64,000 nucleotides of DNA from a virus. The notes beneath the pieces were generated by a model. That model did not search any database, was not told where the DNA came from, and worked only from the letters and a program-made list of their open reading frames with translations. Of the stretch, positions 8,758-16,183 are shown piece by piece (position 1 is the first letter of the stretch; each line of letters opens with the position of its first letter). The position numbers were made by a program, and so were the translations under genes. The DNA lies in IMG/VR virus record IMGVR_UViG_3300032132_000004, positions 1 to 64,000 of that record; one strand, written 5' to 3'.

Positions 8758-10311
8758 TTATTTACCCACTACCTTTGTAATTCCATTAGACTTTATCATA
8801 GTAATAGTCCTGCTGTTATCCATTAGAGATTTAAGATAATTATTGTGGGTAATTACGAACAAAGTCTTGTCTTTCTTTAGCTCAGACAGCAGAGTATATA
8901 GTCCGTCCAACCCTTCGTTGTCAAGAGATTCAGCAACTTCATCCAAAAACATCAGATTGTTTTTCTCTTTGTGGGAGATCTTCAAAAGCTCCTGCAACCC
9001 AAGCATCACAGCTAGGTTTACTTTCTTCTTCTCTCCTCCTGATAAGGACACGAAGGGAATAACATTCTTACGGTGAGTGACCGTCTCCTTAAGTTGTTCG
9101 TCAAACTCAATGATGAACTTGCCTTGAGAGAGGTGGGCTAGGTAGAAGTTCACCTTGGAGTTGAAATATGAGAGCACGTTCTTGATAATATACTTGACGA
9201 TACCCTGCTCAGAGAATGCCTTCTCCCAGAACCTCATGATCTCGTACTTACTGTTGAACTCTTGCTTGATGTCATGAGCTTCTTGGATCCTAACAAGAGT
9301 CTCCTCTTTAAGCTCAAGAAAGGTTGCCTCTTGGGACTTGAGAGTTTTGTACTCCTGTAGTTTAGAGAACTCAAGGGAGGATATAGGAACCTCAGGAGTA
9401 TAGGCCTCTAGTAACCTATGCTGTTCTCCTAGTTCTTGAAGCGTAGCTTCGCTTTCCTGCTTCTTACGAGCGTAGTCTTCCTTAGATAATCCCTTTACCT
9501 TTGAACCGCATTTACTACACTTGTGAGAATTCATAGTTAGCTCTCGTAGTATAGAATCCTCCTGCCTAATAAGAGTATTAGACATTGCGATTCGGGAAAT
9601 ATGTAGCTCTACTTCTTTTTCCTGCACTAGGATATCACCCAAGGATAGGTCGAGAGTTCCTTCGAACGATGTATCCTCTGCCTTGTCCATCTTGCTCAGC
9701 TTGTTATCAAACTCTTTTATACTCTTCTCATGCTCTGCAATGATAGCATCCTGGCTCCTGATCTTTTGTGAGTACTCAGACTTCAGACGCTTAACGGATT
9801 CTCTGAGGGAGAATAACTCCTCCAAGTTCAGGAAATTCTTAATGATGGTGCGTTTATCATCAGGAGTAGCAGTGATGAACTCCATGTTGTTTTGCTGTCC
9901 GAACACAGAAGAGGCTAGGAACACCTTATAGTTAGTGTGTAGTGTCTCCTCGATGAATGCTTGGGTGTTCCTTACGGAGTCTCTTGTTATCTCCTTGTCT
10001 CCCTTGAAGAACTTAAGGAACCCAGGCTTCTTACTCCTATGGATGACATACTCGTCGTTAACCGTGAGCTTTACACTACAGTCCTTTCCTGCAAGGTTGT
10101 TGATGATATCATCGTTGGAAGACTTACGAATAGTACTACCGAATAGGCACCATGTTACTGCTTCAATGAGGGCACTTTTGCCTGACCCATTGGACCCCTT
10201 GGTATCTTTATTCTTCCCCTCTAGTAGGACTAAACCAGAGTACGAATCAAAGTCTACCTTAACGTCCTTAAGGGAATAGAAGTTAGTTATTTCTGTCTTG
10301 TTGATGTTCAT
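8758..10311 (-). CDS. SbcC/Rad50-like ATPase (T4 gp46-like)
   Basis: GSNGSGKS, zinc hook CSKCG, LSGGE, FLDE, ITH. Confidence 0.92.
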   Translation of the reverse strand: MNINKTEITNFYSLKDVKVDFDSYSGLVLLEGKNKDTKGSNGSGKSALIEAVTWCLFGSTIRKSSNDDIINNLAGKDCSVKLTVNDEYVIHRSKKPGFLKFFKGDKEITRDSVRNTQAFIEETLHTNYKVFLASSVFGQQNNMEFITATPDDKRTIIKNFLNLEELFSLRESVKRLKSEYSQKIRSQDAIIAEHEKSIKEFDNKLSKMDKAEDTSFEGTLDLSLGDILVQEKEVELHISRIAMSNTLIRQEDSILRELTMNSHKCSKCGSKVKGLSKEDYARKKQESEATLQELGEQHRLLEAYTPEVPISSLEFSKLQEYKTLKSQEATFLELKEETLVRIQEAHDIKQEFNSKYEIMRFWEKAFSEQGIVKYIIKNVLSYFNSKVNFYLAHLSQGKFIIEFDEQLKETVTHRKNVIPFVSLSGGEKKKVNLAVMLGLQELLKISHKEKNNLMFLDEVAESLDNEGLDGLYTLLSELKKDKTLFVITHNNYLKSLMDNSRTITMIKSNGITKVVGK

Positions 10312-11329
10312 GAATTAGTTTCAATCCGCCAAGAAGTTCGTCCTTATTTATCTTTGCGTTGCTCTGGTTGATGTAGTGATCAAACAACTCGTCGTTAATA
10401 GCGGTAGTAAATACCCTATCGTCCGTCTCAAACTCATCCCTCTCGTCTAGTAGGGGTTTGTATCTAACCTGTACGAAGGGAGCAGTAATCTTATCACACA
10501 AAGCAGCAATGTCCTCTTGGTCCTCACTAACAGTATTGATATTGATTCTCAGTAGAGTGTAGCCATACTCTCCATCATCATTGATGAAGTCTAGGTTATC
10601 CTCTACATCCTCATAATCCATTACGATATGTCTTGGTCCCCACGTTGACGGGATTTTTTTAAGGTTGAAAGAGCCTGTGCTGCTGCTGGTAGATCTGGGA
10701 TATTCATCATCAAGGATACCATAGTAGCAGTCTTTGCTTCGGTCCCCGAAGTTGATAGTGTAGGGCGTTCCGAGGACGGAGACGTTTCCGTTAGTGCCTT
10801 CTTTATGAATGTGTCCCAGGATAGTAGGGTTTTTAAAATCAGATAAGGCAAGACCAAAATCAGCGTCCCCGGCAGAATTAAGAACACCGTGATAACCAAA
10901 GTGACCGAAAACAGTATACCCCTCAGGGACATTAGCAAGAGCTTCTTTAATGATTTGTTCATCTTCATAGTGTGGAATGAATACCATTCTCCTTTTGTGA
11001 TCTGTGTATGTGTGAGTAATTATGTTTGTACTCCACCGCTCATTCTCAAACAAACTTAAGGCAGTAACACCATCATCTGCCTTGCTAACGCTATCATGGT
11101 TGCCTCTAAGCACAAACACATGCTTGTGTTGTATAGTATCAAACACTTCTTTCAAAGCTAAGAGTACTGCTGGGCGAGGATGTCTGTGCATCATTAGGTC
11201 GCCAAGGAATACAATAGTATCACAATGATCAGCTTCTTCGCAAATCTTTAGGACAGCATTCTTCTGAGCTTCTAGAAGACCAGGGGGCTTATCGACAAAA
11301 TGCAAATCGCCTATTATGAGTGTTGACAT
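10283..11329 (-). CDS. SbcD/Mre11-like nuclease (T4 gp47-like)
   Basis: GDLH, LGD, GNHD and GHIH metallophosphoesterase motifs; next to the gp46-like gene. Confidence 0.9.
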   Translation of the reverse strand: MSTLIIGDLHFVDKPPGLLEAQKNAVLKICEEADHCDTIVFLGDLMMHRHPRPAVLLALKEVFDTIQHKHVFVLRGNHDSVSKADDGVTALSLFENERWSTNIITHTYTDHKRRMVFIPHYEDEQIIKEALANVPEGYTVFGHFGYHGVLNSAGDADFGLALSDFKNPTILGHIHKEGTNGNVSVLGTPYTINFGDRSKDCYYGILDDEYPRSTSSSTGSFNLKKIPSTWGPRHIVMDYEDVEDNLDFINDDGEYGYTLLRININTVSEDQEDIAALCDKITAPFVQVRYKPLLDERDEFETDDRVFTTAINDELFDHYINQSNAKINKDELLGGLKLIHEHQQDRNN

Positions 11330-11985
11330 AAAGCTTTCCAGCTAACAGGGAATAGTTCTTCCATAATCTTACCTATAGCTTTAGCATACTCCTGGGTTTC
11401 AAGCTGAGTGTGAGGGTCTGTTCTTTGTGTGAACATATGGTGCCAACCTAGTAGTGTTCCCGTTGTAACTGTTGTGGTGTACATAGATTGGGGCAGGACC
11501 ATACGAGCTTGCTCTGGGCAAACCCCCATCTCTAATAAATTTGAATACTCTTGCAAAGCATATTTGTTTGCTATACCAACGCGAACTCTAGCATTGGTAT
11601 TCCCTCCCTTTGGTTCTTCATTAATAGATCCCTGTTTCACATTATTTGGTCTAGCTCTAAACTTCCAAGGAATATAAAACTCAGGCTCTGATTTAATGTA
11701 CCTACGAGATACCTCACTCCAACTGAACCCCACTTGATGCTTGCCTATCTGTCTTAGTACGAACAGAGGAGCGACGATTCTAATAGTAGCACTAGGATGA
11801 CGGAAGGGAAGTAAATGCTTATGCTTTGCCAAGTAATTAATAAGCTTTGCATCTTTGTCATTCTCAAATATCTCATGTGCTTTATCAAAGGAACACCTAG
11901 CAGCATTTACTACAAGTAGATCACCTTTACAGGTGCTACTTATTAACTCCACTGATCCCCTGTCTAGTACTTTAATATTTACCAA
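11314..11985 (-). CDS. thyX: Flavin-dependent thymidylate synthase
   Basis: VNAARCSF, PFRH, KHQVGFSWSEVSRRY, EQARMVLP, HTQLE. Confidence 0.92.
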   Translation of the reverse strand: MVNIKVLDRGSVELISSTCKGDLLVVNAARCSFDKAHEIFENDKDAKLINYLAKHKHLLPFRHPSATIRIVAPLFVLRQIGKHQVGFSWSEVSRRYIKSEPEFYIPWKFRARPNNVKQGSINEEPKGGNTNARVRVGIANKYALQEYSNLLEMGVCPEQARMVLPQSMYTTTVTTGTLLGWHHMFTQRTDPHTQLETQEYAKAIGKIMEELFPVSWKALCQHS

Positions 11986-13046
11986 GCTGTCACTTCCTTA
12001 CAGTTACCAAAATTGGTACCTACTTCGATGTCGATGTCCAAGGGAATGTCGAAGTGGATGTTGAAGATCTCTTTCACAAGAGGGTAGTGTACCATTTCAT
12101 GATAGATGATGTCGAGCATTTGTTTCTCCTCTTCTTTGGGACAAACTGCTTCGATGCTGTCATGCACCGTAGCGACTGCGTATCCTTGCAGCCCTTCCTC
12201 CTCGATTCGTCTATCAATACCAAGTAGAACGGTCATTAGGATATCAGACGCAGGACTTTGGATGGTGAAGTTCAACCCTTGTCTCAGGGATCTGTTAACT
12301 ACCTTGAAGTCTCTACTGCATACGTTGGGAAGGTTCCTTGTGCGACCGAAAATAGAGTAGGCGTATCCGTTCTCTTTGATATAATTATTTACGAACTCCA
12401 TGTAAGAGAAGATGCCTGGGTAGACGTTCTCGTAATCCGCGATAATCTTTTTAGCTCTGGGTAGAGAGATCCCCATAGTCTCACTAAGGTTGAACGCTCC
12501 TCCTCCGTACACGATCAAGAAGGATACTGTCTTGGCGATCTGTCTCTCTGTCTTTGTGATCTCCTTCTTGTTGAACAGGAGCTTACCAGTATATGTGTGG
12601 AGGTCAGCACCTTGGTTGAAGGCAAGCTGCATGTTACCCTCCTTCGCAATGTGTGCTAGGATTCTAAGCTCCATAGCCTTGTAGTCGGCAGCAATAAAAG
12701 ACCAATTTCCAGGGGCTTTATACAGGCTACGAATGTTATTCTCTTTCTCCCTGGGTAGAGTGTGAAAAGAAACACCCATAGCTTCCTTAGCTTTGTAAGA
12801 AGCACAGGACAGTCGCCCAGTAGCAGTACCGTCGAAGTTATATACCATGTACACCTTATTGTGTCCGTTGTATGCAATAGCCTTCTTTGTACCAGTGATA
12901 TAAGTTTTGGTTAGCTTCTCAGACTTACGAAGATCCAACAAGCCTTGCAGGAACTTCTTTGTGTTGCGTAGATCATCCGTACTCTTACCAGCTAGGACTT
13001 CCTTACTGATTCTCTTTCCTTCGTCTCTGTATTTCCAGTTAACCAC
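11979..13046 (-). CDS. polA: Family A DNA polymerase, catalytic (palm/fingers) subunit of a split enzyme
   Basis: TATGRLS, motif A ADYKAMELRILAH, motif B RQIAKTVSFLIVYG, motif C VHDS; GTG start overlaps the upstream stop, with GAGGAG upstream. Confidence 0.9.
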   Translation of the reverse strand: MVNWKYRDEGKRISKEVLAGKSTDDLRNTKKFLQGLLDLRKSEKLTKTYITGTKKAIAYNGHNKVYMVYNFDGTATGRLSCASYKAKEAMGVSFHTLPREKENNIRSLYKAPGNWSFIAADYKAMELRILAHIAKEGNMQLAFNQGADLHTYTGKLLFNKKEITKTERQIAKTVSFLIVYGGGAFNLSETMGISLPRAKKIIADYENVYPGIFSYMEFVNNYIKENGYAYSIFGRTRNLPNVCSRDFKVVNRSLRQGLNFTIQSPASDILMTVLLGIDRRIEEEGLQGYAVATVHDSIEAVCPKEEEKQMLDIIYHEMVHYPLVKEIFNIHFDIPLDIDIEVGTNFGNCKEVTAW

Positions 13047-13515
13047 GTTTCTCTAGCTCCTCATTAGTTTGTTCCAGAAGGATCTTCAAAGTGGGGGCAG
13101 ACACTGAGGGCTTTCCTTTAGTTGTCCTGTCGGGAGGATACAACTCCAAACCTCCTTCTCTGGTGTACAGGATATCCATAAGGTCACCACCTGAAAGGTT
13201 ATCTGTTTTTAACACACCATCGCACTCATAAAGAAGGTCTTCATCTTCAATATTCTTAGTCTTCAAATGCCTACCCACAGAGTCTAGGTTCTCCGTAGCA
13301 ACATCCAAGCCTACGAACTCCTTCTGTGCGAAGGTATTAAGGGAAGGCATAAGGACATGCTCAATGAGCTTCATAACAGGTTTGCCCTCAAGCTTCTCCA
13401 TTACCAGATCAAACAGCTTGAGTGTGAAGTATGTGTCGAAGGCATTTCCTTCTGCACAATCAGACAGGGACATCTCATCCCATTTGAAAGTTTTAGGATT
13501 AGAAATCGTAAGCAT
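13039..13515 (-). CDS. Family A DNA polymerase, middle subunit (ExoIII-like helix plus part of thumb)
   Basis: NAFDTYFTLKLF (ExoIII-like), E..GLDV, TTKGKPSVS thumb-like motif; lies between the exonuclease and polymerase ORFs. Confidence 0.75.
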   Translation of the reverse strand: MLTISNPKTFKWDEMSLSDCAEGNAFDTYFTLKLFDLVMEKLEGKPVMKLIEHVLMPSLNTFAQKEFVGLDVATENLDSVGRHLKTKNIEDEDLLYECDGVLKTDNLSGGDLMDILYTREGGLELYPPDRTTKGKPSVSAPTLKILLEQTNEELEKRG

Positions 13516-14543
13516 TAAAGACTCTCCAACTCTCCAGCAAAGTATAGTTTAACAAGATCCATCAGGCTTCCAGGCATGTTCTCATCTAATTGATGGTGCA
13601 TAACCTTAGTGTCCCAAGGGTTGGTTACTTTGATTCCGTAGTTCAGAAGGAACTTCAGGTCAAACTTAGCGTTGTGAAATACTTTCCTTGCAGGACTCCT
13701 CATAATAATCCTAAGGAAATCTCTTAGACTAAGCCACTTAGAATTTAATACCTCCCCCTTTTTAAAAGGACTATCTTTGTGGTCAACAGGAATAACCCAT
13801 GTCTCTTCTCTGCATGAGATAGAGATGGTCATGATCTTATCCGTAAGGAAGTTCAGTCCTGTAGTCTCAAGGTCTACAGCGAGGTCATCAGTGTAGTTTT
13901 GAAGCTTCTCAGCAAGAGCAGAAACCTCCTCCAAATTCATCAACACAGAGTAGTTAAAGTTACCCTCGGTCTTCTTGCCTAGGATATACTTCTCGTAGGC
14001 ATTCTGAATGTCTCTCTGGAAGAGAGGAAGGTGAGCAGGCTCTTTGATACAAGCATAAGGATGGAAGAGCGGAACTACAGTGCAGGTATTCCCATTTTCA
14101 GTTGTGTATTGGTAGGCCTTACCTCGCTTACTTGTAATTCCACTCTTTTTGATCAACATTTTCATAGCCATGTTACCACAGGGGAACACTAGCTTAGGCT
14201 TCACCTTATCTATAGTAGCCTCTAGGTGTACCCGACAGATCTTCATATCGTTAGAGGTCATGTCTGCCTCTCTAACGTCAGGGCACTTGACAGAGGCTGC
14301 TGTTACGAAGTCCTCTGAATAACTCTCCTTGATGAGCTTGAGGGACTGGGGCATAAAAGCTACGGTCGAACCATGCTTGTAACTTAGAGAATCAGATAGG
14401 AATAGGACAGGAGACTCCCTAAGTTCTTCGTAATCCATGTGAGAATGGCACGGTTTGTTTTTACTTAGGATGGTACAGCCTTCGCAGAGAGGGTTATCCC
14501 CCTGCATCTTACTGTCACTATATAAATTGTTAAGATCAAACAT
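13515..14543 (-). CDS. Family A DNA polymerase, N-terminal subunit: family-4 UDG-like domain plus 3'-5' exonuclease (ExoI/II)
   Basis: CEGC, VKCP, CRVHL and FHP (UDG4-like); DLETTG, HNAKFD and WDT (DnaQ-like exonuclease). Confidence 0.85.
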   Translation of the reverse strand: MFDLNNLYSDSKMQGDNPLCEGCTILSKNKPCHSHMDYEELRESPVLFLSDSLSYKHGSTVAFMPQSLKLIKESYSEDFVTAASVKCPDVREADMTSNDMKICRVHLEATIDKVKPKLVFPCGNMAMKMLIKKSGITSKRGKAYQYTTENGNTCTVVPLFHPYACIKEPAHLPLFQRDIQNAYEKYILGKKTEGNFNYSVLMNLEEVSALAEKLQNYTDDLAVDLETTGLNFLTDKIMTISISCREETWVIPVDHKDSPFKKGEVLNSKWLSLRDFLRIIMRSPARKVFHNAKFDLKFLLNYGIKVTNPWDTKVMHHQLDENMPGSLMDLVKLYFAGELESL

Positions 14544-14557
14544 GGCTATAATATGGT
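14544..14557. promoter_or_regulatory. Probable bidirectional promoter between the polymerase operon and the sigma gene
   Basis: 14 bp between divergent ATGs; plus strand CTATAAT-N5-ATG, minus strand TATTAT-N4-ATG. Confidence 0.6.
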
Positions 14558-14899
14558 ATGAAGAACCACTACATCGACAACGATAGGTTTGAGGAGATCA
14601 TCCTATCATACCAACGGGACCCAGAAACTTACGAGGAAGATCTAGTATCTTTATTCGATGTGCTTATTACCAACATCATAGAATCTTTTAAGTTCAAGGT
14701 AGACTCGGGAGACGCCAAGCAGGAATGCTTCATTCTGGTTCTTAAGACAGTTAAGAATTTCAAACCTAGAAAGGGCACAGCCTTCAACTACTTCACCACT
14801 ATCATTATTAATAACTTGAAGCTTCTCTACACTAGAGAGAAGAAGTACAACAAGAAGATAGAGAACTACATTGAAAGAAAGAAGGATGATTTTATTTAA
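14558..14899 (+). CDS. Late-transcription sigma factor (T4 gp55-like)
   Basis: HYIDNDRF N-terminus and NFKP...AFNYFTTII motif typical of gp55 homologues. Confidence 0.8.
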   Translation: MKNHYIDNDRFEEIILSYQRDPETYEEDLVSLFDVLITNIIESFKFKVDSGDAKQECFILVLKTVKNFKPRKGTAFNYFTTIIINNLKLLYTREKKYNKKIENYIERKKDDFI

Positions 14900-15227
14900 G
14901 GCCCAGCTTATCTATCACTAAGGATAGGTAATCAAGAGACTGTACTTTATTGTTGGTTACTCGTACCAAGTGGGGAAGCTTTGTGGTATTGTAAATAACA
15001 AAGCTGTGAGGCATGTGGTAACTATCCACAATGTAAAGAGGTTGCAGCATATCAGACTCAGAACAAAGCGCACCCTCGTACTGCTCCTTAAGCTGGTCGA
15101 TCAGCTTATTACAGTACTCATCCCACAAGGATACAAAGAGTACTGTAAAAGGCTTCCTATTAGCCTTGTTAGATTTTATGATCTTGTTCAGATCATTTTC
15201 CTTCTTAAGGAAGTGTAATTTGTACAT
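14892..15227 (-). CDS. Thioredoxin-fold-like protein lacking CxxC
   Basis: VLFVSLWDEYC at the active-site position, LYIVD, and a KLPHLV cis-Pro-like loop; 111 aa. Confidence 0.5.
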   Translation of the reverse strand: MYKLHFLKKENDLNKIIKSNKANRKPFTVLFVSLWDEYCNKLIDQLKEQYEGALCSESDMLQPLYIVDSYHMPHSFVIYNTTKLPHLVRVTNNKVQSLDYLSLVIDKLGLK

Positions 15228-15228
15228 T

Positions 15229-15639
15229 CTAAGCTTCGTGTTTAGAGATGTCTTCGGATGTAATAACGCTTTCTTCTATAATAGGAGCACCAGACAGTTC
15301 TGATTCAATCAGATTTGTGTCTGCGAGTTTAACGTTTCCGTCCTCGTCCTCAATAACAGTGATACCTGAGGCAGCAAGCTCTTCCTTGTTTTCAGAAGCG
15401 TACTTCTGCATCAAGCCTGCAAGCTGCTGGTTCATGGCTTCAATGCCAGTAACAAAAACAACTCTAATGAACTCTTCTGAGGAAGTTCCCTCGGGCTTTA
15501 CTACAGCCTCAAAGTTCTTAAAAGAGGTTGCCTCGTCCTTCGATAGTTTAATTGATAATTTCATACGTCCCTTACTCCGTTCATCTGATCTAATTTTCCA
15601 AGTACTTACGTCTAGTTTAATTGAGTTCTCGGGTTCCAT
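15229..15639 (-). CDS. Hypothetical protein
   Basis: 136 aa ORF preceded by CTATAAT-N6-ATG. Confidence 0.7.
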   Translation of the reverse strand: MEPENSIKLDVSTWKIRSDERSKGRMKLSIKLSKDEATSFKNFEAVVKPEGTSSEEFIRVVFVTGIEAMNQQLAGLMQKYASENKEELAASGITVIEDEDGNVKLADTNLIESELSGAPIIEESVITSEDISKHEA

Positions 15640-15655
15640 CTTGCTATTATAGTAT
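15640..15655. promoter_or_regulatory. Probable bidirectional promoter
   Basis: 16 bp between divergent ATGs, containing CTATTATAG: minus strand CTATAAT-N6-ATG, plus strand CTATTAT-N5-ATG. Confidence 0.62.
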
Positions 15656-16183
15656 ATGTCTACAGAAATTAATGATGATTATGATATTTCTTCACTAAAG
15701 AAGAAAAAGAAAAAGAATAGTAGAGCCAAGGGCAGCACCTTTGAAAGGGATATTGCTAAGCTACTTAATAAAAGATTCAATACATCCACCTTTGCAAGAA
15801 CACCTGGGTCAGGAGCCTTTGCTTCTACCCATACCTTACCAGAGCACCTACAAATCCATGGAGATCTAATCACTCCTGCTAACTTCAAGTATTGTCTAGA
15901 GTGTAAGAAGGGGTACAACAAAGAGAGCCTATACAGTCTATTCAATTATAGCTCAGACACATGGAAGTTCATTGAGCAAGCTGGGAAAGATGCGAAGAGA
16001 GCAGGAAAAGTACCCATGGTAATATTTAAACAAGATAGACGAGAAATATTAGCAATCGTGCCCTCTTATATTATATACTTAAATAACTTAAAGAGTATAG
16101 AGATACAAAAAGAAGACAGTAAGTATAGAATATACCTTCTAAAGGATCTACTTAAAGAGGAAGACTATGCTTGGATTGATTGA
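15656..16183 (+). CDS. Holliday junction resolvase (Hjc-like PD-(D/E)xK nuclease)
   Basis: SRAKGSTFER, RTPGSGA, GDL, LECK, W...Q, IFKQDR. Confidence 0.8.
   Translation: MSTEINDDYDISSLKKKKKKNSRAKGSTFERDIAKLLNKRFNTSTFARTPGSGAFASTHTLPEHLQIHGDLITPANFKYCLECKKGYNKESLYSLFNYSSDTWKFIEQAGKDAKRAGKVPMVIFKQDRREILAIVPSYIIYLNNLKSIEIQKEDSKYRIYLLKDLLKEEDYAWID

Noticed and set aside
6869-14543. Inteins or self-splicing introns in nrdJ, thyX or the polymerase
   Set aside because: Proteins are of compact length, no intein termini or homing endonuclease motifs were seen, and no spacer DNA lies between the polymerase ORFs
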